A stretch of DNA of 64,000 nt from Nitrosopumilus sp. (GTDB taxonomy: Archaea > Thermoproteota > Nitrososphaeria > Nitrososphaerales > Nitrosopumilaceae): assembly GCA_965207445.1 (NCBI GenBank), contig CBDBLX010000002.1, positions 2,231,849-2,295,848 on the forward strand, written 5' to 3'. Both the position numbers and the translations under genes were made by a program. Under the pieces are notes generated by a model, which worked only from the letters and a program-made list of their open reading frames with translations, was not told the DNA's origin and made no database searches. This document shows positions 50,818-60,366 of this stretch, piece after piece; position 1 is the stretch's first letter, and each line of letters begins with the position of its first letter.

Positions 50818-52104
50818 ATGAAAAAGACGATATCAGGTATACGCGGAATTATAGGCGATGATCTCAGACTAGCAGATGTAATGCAGTTTTGTGATAATTT
50901 TTCAGATATGGTAAATGGGAAATGCGTGACTGGGATGGATACTAGGCCCACAAGTGACATGATCTCGCATATGGTACATGCAACATTAATGAAAAATGGC
51001 ATTGATGTGTACGATCTTAGTATGGCTCCAACACCTGTATTGTTTTACGAGGCAAGAAAGATGGGCGCAGGTATAATGATAACATCATCTCATAATCCAC
51101 TTGATTGGAACGGACTAAAGTTTGTCTTACACGGCAGGGGCATAAATGAATCTGAATTACCGCAGATAACACATGGCAAACAACACAAAAAGAGAAATTA
51201 TGATAATATAAAACCAGGCACACAGACATCACATCACTCATCATATATCAAACAAGCCTCCAAAATTATAGGAAGTGTAAACGAAACCCCTACAGTTATA
51301 GTTGATGTAGGTGGAGGAGCCGCGCTCAATGTCGCCTCCCAACTATACACAAAAATTGGTTGTAATGTCAAGACAATAAACCATACATTATACTCTAGGG
51401 GGCCTGATCCTACTACAGACAACTTGCAACATTTGGTTGATTCAAAGGCAAGTATCGGTTTTGCATTTGATCTTGATGGTGATAGACTAGTAATTGTTCT
51501 TGATGGTGTGAAACAGACGCCTGATGTCACACTAGGTTTAGGTGTGATGGGTGCACTGGAGCGAGGGTGTAAAAAATTTGTACTCAGTGTAGATACTAGT
51601 TTAGGCGTAGAGAATCTAATTACCATGTATGGTGGTGTTTGTGTGAGGGCAAAGGTTGGAGAAGCTAATGTAGTAGATGAGATGATAAAAAGACAAGCTC
51701 AGGTAGGCGGTGAGGGGAGTAGTGGTGGATTTATCTTTTCAGAGTTTAATCATTGCAGAGACGGTATATTAGCAGGAGGTATGATAATGACAGGATTTTC
51801 AAATGCACAGAATCATTTACAAGATGTGTTATCGACATTGAACAAATATACCATACTGCGTACAAAAGTCACGGCACAAAGTGCACAACATGAGTATATG
51901 ATGAATCGAGCATCACAATGGCTCAAAGCCAAGTCTTCTGAGATAATTGAACTTGATGGAATAAAAGGTATTTTAGATGATGAGAATTGGATATTGATTC
52001 GACCCTCAAATACAGAGGATGCAATCAGAGTGTCTGTTGAATCATCAAATGCTGAAAAATGTCGCATACTTGTTGACAAGTTGACTAGTGTCATGAGGGA
52101 CTGA
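50818..52104 (+). CDS. Phosphohexomutase (PMM/PGM/GlmM family)
   Basis: SGIRG, DTR, ITSSHNP, FDLDGDR, GGEGS, IRPSNTE. Confidence 0.92.
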   Translation: MKKTISGIRGIIGDDLRLADVMQFCDNFSDMVNGKCVTGMDTRPTSDMISHMVHATLMKNGIDVYDLSMAPTPVLFYEARKMGAGIMITSSHNPLDWNGLKFVLHGRGINESELPQITHGKQHKKRNYDNIKPGTQTSHHSSYIKQASKIIGSVNETPTVIVDVGGGAALNVASQLYTKIGCNVKTINHTLYSRGPDPTTDNLQHLVDSKASIGFAFDLDGDRLVIVLDGVKQTPDVTLGLGVMGALERGCKKFVLSVDTSLGVENLITMYGGVCVRAKVGEANVVDEMIKRQAQVGGEGSSGGFIFSEFNHCRDGILAGGMIMTGFSNAQNHLQDVLSTLNKYTILRTKVTAQSAQHEYMMNRASQWLKAKSSEIIELDGIKGILDDENWILIRPSNTEDAIRVSVESSNAEKCRILVDKLTSVMRD

Positions 52105-52105
52105 A

Positions 52106-53293
52106 ATGAAAAATGCAGATACAACAGCTGTGAATGGAGATCATATCATTTCGTCCAAAAGAGATAGTGCAACATTAAATGAACAAGAGATAATTTCAAT
52201 CATCAAAGAAACGCTTGTAAATTCTCAACTCGCACAAAGTCATTTTCCAAATGATGATGTGGGATACGGTACATTGCACACACGATCAATTGTTGTTAAT
52301 ACTGATACTCTAGTACAGAGCACAGATATGCCACCTCACATGACCCTCAGACAAGCTTCCAAGAAGAGTGTTGTATCATGTATTAGTGATTTTGTAGCAA
52401 AGGGTGTACAACCAAAATTTGCAACTATATCTGTTAATATGCCAAAATATATCACTCGGCAAGATGTGCAAAATGTAGCGCAGGGGTTTGCAGATGCCAC
52501 TTTTGAGTATGGTATTCAAATTATAGCAGGTGATACGAATGCAGGAAAAGAATTTGTCTTTAATGTATGTTTGATAGGCAGTCATAAAGATGTGATACGG
52601 CGCGGAGGTGCCAATGTCGGAGACAAGATATTTGTCACTGGTCCTTTTGGATATACAGCGCTAGGATTAGAGATGCTCTTGACAGATGGTACCAAAAGAG
52701 TAGATGAACAAAGCAGAAACAGTCCAAATAATCATAATAATCATAATAATCATAATAATAATAATCATCATCATAATGACCATAATAACAAAACGATAGT
52801 TGCACAGGATAAAGACGATAACTCTACAATCAAAAATTATGCCATAAAATCGGTATTGGAACCAAGTGTTCATTTGAAATTTATGACATCATGTATTTCG
52901 TATGTAACATCATCGATGGATTCTAGTGATGGATTGGCAGCTACTTTGAATGAAATGTCACGACAAAGTGAATGTGTGTTTGAGATACATACTATACCCA
53001 CAACACAGCAACTTTTAGAGTATGTGTATCAATGCAAAAAAGACCTACGAAAACTTGTATTTTATGGTGGTGAAGAGTATGAGACTGTATTTACTATACA
53101 TCCACATAATGTAAATGATGTTATCAAACTTGCACATAAACTAAACACACCGATAATTGAGATTGGGCAAGTCGTCAAAAAAGTACATCCTCAAAATATC
53201 GAAACCACAAACAAAGTATACATAATAGATGACACTGGCTGTAAAAGCGTAATTAAGAATTATGGGTGGGATCATTTCAATCCTACATGTTGA
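52106..53293 (+). CDS. thiL: Thiamine-monophosphate kinase
   Basis: NDD, TDTLV, ISD.VAKG, AGDTN, GDKIFVTG, MDSSDGL, GGEEYE, GWDHF. Confidence 0.92.
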   Translation: MKNADTTAVNGDHIISSKRDSATLNEQEIISIIKETLVNSQLAQSHFPNDDVGYGTLHTRSIVVNTDTLVQSTDMPPHMTLRQASKKSVVSCISDFVAKGVQPKFATISVNMPKYITRQDVQNVAQGFADATFEYGIQIIAGDTNAGKEFVFNVCLIGSHKDVIRRGGANVGDKIFVTGPFGYTALGLEMLLTDGTKRVDEQSRNSPNNHNNHNNHNNNNHHHNDHNNKTIVAQDKDDNSTIKNYAIKSVLEPSVHLKFMTSCISYVTSSMDSSDGLAATLNEMSRQSECVFEIHTIPTTQQLLEYVYQCKKDLRKLVFYGGEEYETVFTIHPHNVNDVIKLAHKLNTPIIEIGQVVKKVHPQNIETTNKVYIIDDTGCKSVIKNYGWDHFNPTC

Positions 53294-53294
53294 T

Positions 53295-53654
53295 TCACTC
53301 ACCAAATGTAGGTGGTCCACGTGACACTTTGTCTGCAATATCAACAATTACATTTGGAGGAAGTTTTGCGACACATTCGTTCATCCACATATCATCGAGT
53401 TTGAGCATCTTCCTTACATCATCTACTGGCAGCTCATCAATAGTTAAATCTGGATATGTAGTGTGAATTGCATGGCCTTGTCGTGCAATATCAGTGCATT
53501 TTTGCTCAAGGGGAGTTATAATACCATCTCCTACCGGAGCCAGTGACTGAAGTGCAACAGAGCCAAATATGGCAGCAGCCACTAGCGTGCCTATGGCGGC
53601 AAATATGATTCCAGATGTCATGTGTTGCGTAGGTGGTAATTGTATTTGAATCAT
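53295..53654 (-). CDS. Hypothetical membrane-anchored protein
   Basis: N-terminal hydrophobic helix and two Cys. Confidence 0.65.
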   Translation of the reverse strand: MIQIQLPPTQHMTSGIIFAAIGTLVAAAIFGSVALQSLAPVGDGIITPLEQKCTDIARQGHAIHTTYPDLTIDELPVDDVRKMLKLDDMWMNECVAKLPPNVIVDIADKVSRGPPTFGE

Positions 53655-53769
53655 CTATGTAATTGGTTCATTGTCAAATATTTCAATAAACTGTGAATGA
53701 ATGATCATCTATACTGTGATCTGCGTTATAATACATAAAATGCCCTTGAGTGTAATTGAAAATGGTTCG

Positions 53770-53847
53770 GTAACCGTCCAACCCTCGTATCTGCGCCAGA
53801 TATTAGTCGATGAATCTATGCCTAAATTTTGAAAAGTAAACAGTTAC
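53770..53847 (-). mobile_element. MITE family C, copy 8 (degenerate)
   Basis: GTAACCGTCCAACC ... AAACAGTTAC with the shared interior. Confidence 0.78.
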
Positions 53848-53929
53848 ATCAAAAGTCACCAAAGTCAACGTCATTCACACAAATCAGACACATAATCACA
53901 ATCTGATGCTACAATGCATCCAATTATAG

Positions 53930-54500
53930 GCCTTGACGTGCTTTAGCCAGCATCAGCGATATGTGCGTTTCATTGACTGTCAAATTGTAGAATCCTGCAG
54001 GGTCATTTTGTAGATGTCCTGTAACTTCGCATTCAACTGGTTTTTTGCCATTCTGCTTCAAGCGCGAACACACCAGCATCCATTAAATTCCACATTTTAG
54101 AAATGCCTTTTTGCTGCATGATTGCGGCGACATCCCAAGCAACAATAGTCATGTTTTGTTGCAGTGTCTCATATGTTGTCTACATATGCCTTGAGCCGCG
54201 GTGACTTTAGGAATGCATTACATTGTTCCCTTTATCGAATGTCGACTTCCTGTCAAGTTTGACGATCAGTCCTTGTGTATATAGGCGAAATATTGATCTT
54301 GTGAATCGCATCGTACCAACATTCATCAAAGCAGTCATGTCTTCGGGGCGCATCATTTCAAGCACAGTAAAGTCCCACGGTTCCAGCATATCTGTTCTTG
54401 TCTGATGGAGCATATCCTTTCATCGTTTAGCATCACTGGTTAATCTTACAGCATCGCCATCTAGTGGTTCTACCAGTCTGGAGAAAAACGGCGTTGGCAT
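53930..54500 (-). pseudogene. Probable decayed gene of unknown function
   Basis: GC-richer, coding-like stretch interrupted by stops; includes ORF 54207-54413. Confidence 0.3.
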
Positions 54501-54977
54501 ACGTGCAAACAAGAATATCATTTTGTATTCATTTAAGGCAAAACGGGTGCAAAGATATGTAAACGTTCATCTTCTACTCACCTTCGGCCACACACATCAC
54601 CACACACATCACCACACACTCATTCACTATTTACCGTTACCGCATTACCAAACTTTAAATACGTATTTGTATATATTTTATACATGTCTGATGATGATTA
54701 TGAAGCAGAAAAAATAATTAATGATGTACATGCTACTGCAAACAACATTTTGGCCGCGCAGCCATCAGACGCAAATAATCTTGAGGCAGTTGATGAGTGG
54801 CGACGTGACACCATTGCCAAGTTACGCGCATTACAAAACCGTGTACAATAATGGGCCGTAAAGAAGAGTTACAAACTCGCATCTGTAAACTTGTAACAGA
54901 AATTATTGCTTAATTAGATAGAGTTACTATTAATCCTGAAACTCTTTTTATAATCATAGATTTAATCACACAATTGT

Positions 54978-55388
54978 TTGGGGTTGGATGATATGAAATT
55001 AGTAAGAATTCTCGATACATGTGCTCTTGCACTCTGCATTGTAGTCCTCGTTGCAATCATCTTATATGACACACAGTCGATGGAGGACGGGTCTCTATCT
55101 GTAAACATTGCCATACTTGCATCAATAATGTGGACTGCAAACATACTCTGGTACTGGTTCTTAAATGGTGTAACATCACTCACACCATCAAAAGTAATGT
55201 TTTCTCTGTCATGTATAGATGTACTAGTTTGGGGCATATTTTTTGTAGGTTTGATACTATTAAAACAATATGACATACCTACTGTAATGGCATTATTAAT
55301 GTCAGTGCGTATCTTGTATCAGGCCGTATTACACTGCAATGTAGATTGGCAGAAGATTAGGCAGCAAGCCTCTCACATCGATATGTAA
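54978..55388 (+). CDS. Four-TM membrane protein
   Basis: Four hydrophobic segments. Confidence 0.6.
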   Translation: MGLDDMKLVRILDTCALALCIVVLVAIILYDTQSMEDGSLSVNIAILASIMWTANILWYWFLNGVTSLTPSKVMFSLSCIDVLVWGIFFVGLILLKQYDIPTVMALLMSVRILYQAVLHCNVDWQKIRQQASHIDM

Positions 55389-55652
55389 TATGTACTAATA
55401 TTATAACCATTTCGAATTTTAAAGTTTGTATACAGACATATGTCACGACCCATGCCTAGATAGAATAGAGGACGAACACTTGCATGGCAATAAAATTCAT
55501 ATCTGGTTTACAAGGTAATTGAACTTGCAGCAAACTGATGTCAATACATCACACTATGGTTTTAAATGAATATTTATTTGATATAACACCCTAAAAAAAA
55601 TTTCACACGGTCATACGTAGTGTATTTTAAACCCTTTTGAATGGGTTAGGTA

Positions 55653-56420
55653 TTGTCAGATTCAGAAACAAGCATACCCAAAGAGGAAAATGATACAGAC
55701 ACATCTGTAGAACAAGGCCCAGCCAAATCTATAGACAATGAAATTTCACAAGGGCAACAAGTAGCAACAGATAGTGAACAAAATGACACGGATTCTACAG
55801 GTGAGACCATATCTGATGATGATAATAATAATAATGAAGATAATGTGCAAAAAACAATAACAGCCACAGTATCAGATTCCCAATCACAGCAACAGTTAGC
55901 AGAACTGCGTACTGCCGCACAGACACGTGCAGAGGCCATAAAGGCAGGTGCAGAAGTAGATAGCATGGTAGAAGCCGTGAAATCAAATACTGCATCTAAA
56001 ACATTACAAGCCCAGCCAGAGATAAAAAAACAAGAAAACGAAAAGTGGGGAATTGCACACATCTTTAGTAGTTACAACAATACCATAATACACATGACGG
56101 ATTTAACAGGAGCCGAAACGGTTGCAATAAGCTCTGGTGGAATACATGTTAATGCTGACCGATACGAATCATCCCCATTTGCGGCAATGAAGGCGGCAAA
56201 TGCAGTTGTAGAATCTGCGCGTGCAAAAGGATTTGTCGGATTTCACATTCGAGTTCGTGCCGTCGGAGGAGTTGGTTCTAGAGTGCCAGGGCCAGGTGCA
56301 CAGTCTGCGATCAGAGCCTTGGCAAGAGGAGGATTCAAGATAGGTAGAATTGATGATGTCACACCCATACCTCATGATACAACAAGAAAAAAGGGTGGCA
56401 AACGCGGCAGAAGAGTCTAA
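55653..56420 (+). CDS. rps11: 30S ribosomal protein uS11 with long acidic N-terminal extension
   Basis: [25 protein letters not shown]...[16 protein letters not shown]...DVTPIPHD...GKRGRRV. Confidence 0.95.
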   Translation: MSDSETSIPKEENDTDTSVEQGPAKSIDNEISQGQQVATDSEQNDTDSTGETISDDDNNNNEDNVQKTITATVSDSQSQQQLAELRTAAQTRAEAIKAGAEVDSMVEAVKSNTASKTLQAQPEIKKQENEKWGIAHIFSSYNNTIIHMTDLTGAETVAISSGGIHVNADRYESSPFAAMKAANAVVESARAKGFVGFHIRVRAVGGVGSRVPGPGAQSAIRALARGGFKIGRIDDVTPIPHDTTRKKGGKRGRRV

Positions 56421-56752
56421 GATACAACTTTGATCTTTACATTGCATTTTCTAGAATTAAAATAGTCAGATAAAAACAGAGCAAATTTTTTTGTACGATC
56501 TCGCTCCTTTGTATACTTGGCAAACATATCTGCAAATTCGGATTCTATACTTGTCTGAAAGTCGGGTTTTATTGACAAGATAAAAAACACCCATCCAAAG
56601 CGCTCAGATGGTGGCCCTATTGTATAGCCATTATATGTCCTTACCAAGCTCTCCATGTGAGACAGTGCCATTTTGATTGAGAGTTTGGCACTTGTGTAAT
56701 CATGTCCTGCAACTTCAAATGTAGTGCCTGCCATATTTGATGAGCTCATCAT
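56417..56752 (-). CDS. Hypothetical protein
   Basis: 111-aa ORF converging on rps11 with overlapping stops. Confidence 0.65.
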   Translation of the reverse strand: MMSSSNMAGTTFEVAGHDYTSAKLSIKMALSHMESLVRTYNGYTIGPPSERFGWVFFILSIKPDFQTSIESEFADMFAKYTKERDRTKKFALFLSDYFNSRKCNVKIKVVS

Positions 56753-56799
56753 ATGTTACGCTTCGTTTTTTTATATGTAAAGATTACTATGTCAGACTC

Positions 56800-56970
56800 T
56801 TCAGAAAAATGGTTTGAATATTGGACAAGGCCCCATGGCATTTGTCTAAGAACGTAGAAAAGTTTTTCAAAACCCGCGATATTGTCTTGCTCTGGGATCC
56901 CACGGTATATCCATACCTCAATTCAGTTGAAGAGGTTTGGAATGTACTAAAAAAGTCAATTGATTCTTCT
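56800..56970 (+). pseudogene. IS630 transposase catalytic fragment
   Basis: Manual translation ILDKAPWHLSKNVEKFF...PYLNSVEEVWNVLKK, matching the LDNA.WH...P.LNPIE.VW pattern. Confidence 0.75.
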
Positions 56971-56971
56971 T

Positions 56972-57825
56972 GTAACATATGAATACTTATTTTGGTGAGT
57001 AGTGGCAGCCACGAGTCCATTTGCGCAACGCGATAAATTTTTTGTTCAACGCGTTATACAGATTGATAGCAGATTCAAGTTCACTATGATTTGAAATAGT
57101 TTCACTCTTCTGCACAATGTGTTGTGTGCAACGCTGTTTTATGTGATTTGGGAATACAGTATCATATCTGCGGCATCCATCTCGACTTATTGCACCAATA
57201 CAGTTTTTGTCCTGTGCTGAGCTCTACTGCACCATAATTCTGAGCGTGCATGTACACTACGGTGCCATCGTTTCTAACTGCCATTATCCATCTTTTGGGC
57301 TCACCTTTGTATTCGGCCTCATCCATGATTACTGATCGTGATTTTTCTAATTCTGCCATGAAACCGTCTCTTGTGTGTTTTAGTATTGTAGTTTGACGAT
57401 CACGCATATTACAAATTGCCGTATCAGAAACGTCTAGTTTGTACAGATTCTTAAAATCTTGTGAAATCATTTTAGGAGTCTTTCTGTGCGAGAGTTGATA
57501 TGCCACATAGCGAATTACAGAGTAATCGAACTACAGTTTGGTGGAAGGTTATTTTTAGCTTGAAATTTTGCACCACAGTCAAAACAATTGTACTGGACAG
57601 TTTTGTGTAGTGTTACAGTGTGAGGAACAAATTCAGGTATCGAAACTATTGTCCGTTTTTTATCCTTGTGTATGTCTTGTATGTTGTTTTTACCCTTCAC
57701 ATTCTGGACAGGCATGTAGCAACATGTCTCTTTTTTTCTGTTGTTTTGAATATACGAGTACCACCATTATGCCCTAAAACACCACTTTGTTTGTTGGGTT
57801 TAGCCTTGTCAGTCTTTGCACCCTA
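56972..57825 (-). pseudogene. Decayed IS66 transposase
   Basis: GVLGHNG, KRTIVSIP...QYNCFDCG, VSDTAICNM, VIMDEA, KQRCTQH across frames; GTAAC-type end at 56972. Confidence 0.78.
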
Positions 57826-57872
57826 CTAGTGATGACAAACCACTTTTACAATACCACATTTAACAAATATTC

Positions 57873-58784
57873 ATGACTCGGGGTTATGTCATACCAGAGA
57901 TACGAAGACAACTAATCAGCATATTACGTGACTCAGATACAGGTATGTCAGGGGTAGAGTTATCCAAAAAACTGAACATAAGTCGTACCACCATAACAAA
58001 ATATCTCAACATGTTTGCAACAGATGGCACGCTGCAACAAAGAGACATAGGCAACGTCATACTGTGGTCTTTAAAGTCAAAACAAGAATCATTCACATTT
58101 CCAGATGATTATTTCAAAGTATCTGAAGAATACATACAATGTATCAACGATGCATCAGAAGAACGTGCACTTGCGCTCATACAGAACTGTACAAAATCAG
58201 GAGCTATACCTGTACGAATTATATTAGATGTGATCATACCTGCATATAACACCATATCTCAAATGTATACAGCAGGCAAGATTGGAGCAGCAGAACAAAA
58301 TCTACTATACAGTATAGTGTCACGTTCAATCTTTGCATTAAACAACAGCATACAACAGACAAATTCAAAGAAGAAAAACGTCATTGTGATTGCAGCTGAT
58401 AAACACAACGAACCCATATCACATGCAGTGTCTGCAGCATATCGCTCAAAAAAGTGGTCAGTCTTTGAGTTAGGTGACATGTCTGCTACAGCAGGTGTGC
58501 TGTTTGATCTAGACTTTGAAAAACTTGTAGACAGAATATGGAATACAAAACAAGGTATTTTGATAACGATAGTATTCTCAAGTACTAGAGAAAGCTTGAA
58601 CTTTTTTGCAGATAGTCTGTATCCAATTGTTAAAAAAACAAAGCGGATGTATTTACTGTTATGTGGACGTGGACTTGAAGAGTCATTGTCAAATCTCAAG
58701 TCTTGTGACTATTTTGTAAGTGATGATATATCTAAAGTATTGCAATGGTCAGATACAACATACTCATCATATTTGTCTTTATAG
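57873..58784 (+). CDS. HTH regulator with B12-binding-like C-terminal domain
   Basis: MSGVELSKKLNISRTTITKYL HTH; IILDVIIPA....MYTAGKIGAAEQ cap-like region; Rossmann-like tail. Confidence 0.78.
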   Translation: MTRGYVIPEIRRQLISILRDSDTGMSGVELSKKLNISRTTITKYLNMFATDGTLQQRDIGNVILWSLKSKQESFTFPDDYFKVSEEYIQCINDASEERALALIQNCTKSGAIPVRIILDVIIPAYNTISQMYTAGKIGAAEQNLLYSIVSRSIFALNNSIQQTNSKKKNVIVIAADKHNEPISHAVSAAYRSKKWSVFELGDMSATAGVLFDLDFEKLVDRIWNTKQGILITIVFSSTRESLNFFADSLYPIVKKTKRMYLLLCGRGLEESLSNLKSCDYFVSDDISKVLQWSDTTYSSYLSL

Positions 58785-58903
58785 TATGTGTGTTTTATCC
58801 AATGCTCACTAATTGTGTTTTTTGTTGTTTGTAAAAGTTGCGTTGCATCATAAATTAACGATAAAGTTTGTTCACCACGATACACGAGGATGTCTATCCA
58901 TAT

Positions 58904-60294
58904 CAGTAGTTCGCAATGTGCTCAATTTTTAATGATCTTATTTCTAATTATGCAGTGCGACAGATTTACAATGGTAAGGAACCACCGTGCTCCAATTCCC
59001 ACCGAAGCAGTCTTCTGATTGAACCGGCAATTGAATCTACAAACGCATCCATTGTGAATAATTTTTCATCTACAAGTCCGCCGTAATTTTCGTACCTTGC
59101 CATTACCCATAAACCATATAATAACATTCCAAAAAATATCAACAGTAATCGAAGCTGCAAGGCGTTGCTAGTTGTCTTTGGAGTCGTGTTTTTTATCACT
59201 CTGTATCCCGTCTCTATTATCCAGCGCTTGCGATAAGTCTCTGGGATGGTTTTGATGAGTTTGCTTTTGCTAGTGATTTTCATATTTGTGGCAAATGCCA
59301 CATACTGATCGACCGTTTTATCAGTTTCTTTGGCATTATTTTTTTTGACGATAAGTAATGTGAACTTTACTGCTTTTTTGTTTTTATCACGCATCTCAAT
59401 GACTGATGCAGTTTTTCTCTTTTTGTTGTGAACTTCTAAAATATATTTTTGTATGCGCTTATTTTTAATTGCCGGCATTATGAAAGACAGGCGCAAGCGC
59501 AAAAGTTCATCTATGCATGCAACATTGTAAAAACCCCGATCAAAGAGGCCAAGTTCCGGACGTGCATTTTCTCGAATTAATTTTTCAATGATTTTACGCA
59601 TGACTGTGACCATTTTATCCTTACTGGTCACACGATGTGCAAACAAAGGTATGTTACCTGCTTGATTTACCATTTGTGCCGTCATAAATGAATGAAATCT
59701 CGCAGTACCATTTTTGGGCTTTGTTTTTAGCATCTCAGGTTTGAGTGCCTTGCCATAATATTCCCATCCGGTCATATCAATTGCAATAGTACCGCCTTTT
59801 TTGACCATGTTATGTTTTTTGGCATTCTTGAGCATTGCTTTGACATTCTCGTCACCCCATTGTTTTACTTTCTCTAGATCTGCACTCTTTAGGCATTTGA
59901 GCACAGTATTTTCAGATGGTATGTTTATGCGCTCGCCTTTTTTAAAATAGTTAGCCTCATTGCGTTTTCTTTTGTGTGTTGCTGCATTTACGCACATGTT
60001 GTTGAGTGACATGGTGACAAGTGTACCAAGATAATCATCCACCTCATACGTGTGGTTATATCTGGTTGATATGTCTAGTCCGAGATCGTTGAATCGTTTT
60101 CGTAAAACTTTATAATTTACTTGTCCTAATTCATATTGATGTTCTAGTACCTCATTTTTCATATAACGTCAGAGGTACTAGAATGTTCCCATATATTACA
60201 CTTTCTATTTGATCTGATCAAATATGATCATCAACGTTCAACGACATTACGGATTATTCAAATAAAATCATATAAAACACATTGCGAACTACTG
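58904..60294 (-). mobile_element. Complete ISH3-family (IS4-like) element
   Basis: 17-bp perfect TIRs CAGTAGTTCGCAATGTG (58904-58920 and 60278-60294), flanked by ATAT on both sides. ATAT is palindromic, so the exact boundary is ambiguous. Confidence 0.9.
58966..60162 (-). CDS. ISH3-family DDE transposase
   Basis: IAIDMT..EYYG, FDRGFY, FATN, YRKRWIIETGYR (YREK-like motif). Confidence 0.92.
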   Translation of the reverse strand: MKNEVLEHQYELGQVNYKVLRKRFNDLGLDISTRYNHTYEVDDYLGTLVTMSLNNMCVNAATHKRKRNEANYFKKGERINIPSENTVLKCLKSADLEKVKQWGDENVKAMLKNAKKHNMVKKGGTIAIDMTGWEYYGKALKPEMLKTKPKNGTARFHSFMTAQMVNQAGNIPLFAHRVTSKDKMVTVMRKIIEKLIRENARPELGLFDRGFYNVACIDELLRLRLSFIMPAIKNKRIQKYILEVHNKKRKTASVIEMRDKNKKAVKFTLLIVKKNNAKETDKTVDQYVAFATNMKITSKSKLIKTIPETYRKRWIIETGYRVIKNTTPKTTSNALQLRLLLIFFGMLLYGLWVMARYENYGGLVDEKLFTMDAFVDSIAGSIRRLLRWELEHGGSLPL

Positions 60295-60366
60295 ATATGT
60301 AAATGGAGGCATTATACATAATTTGAGCATGTAATAGTATAAATATAAAAATCTAAAATAACGCAT

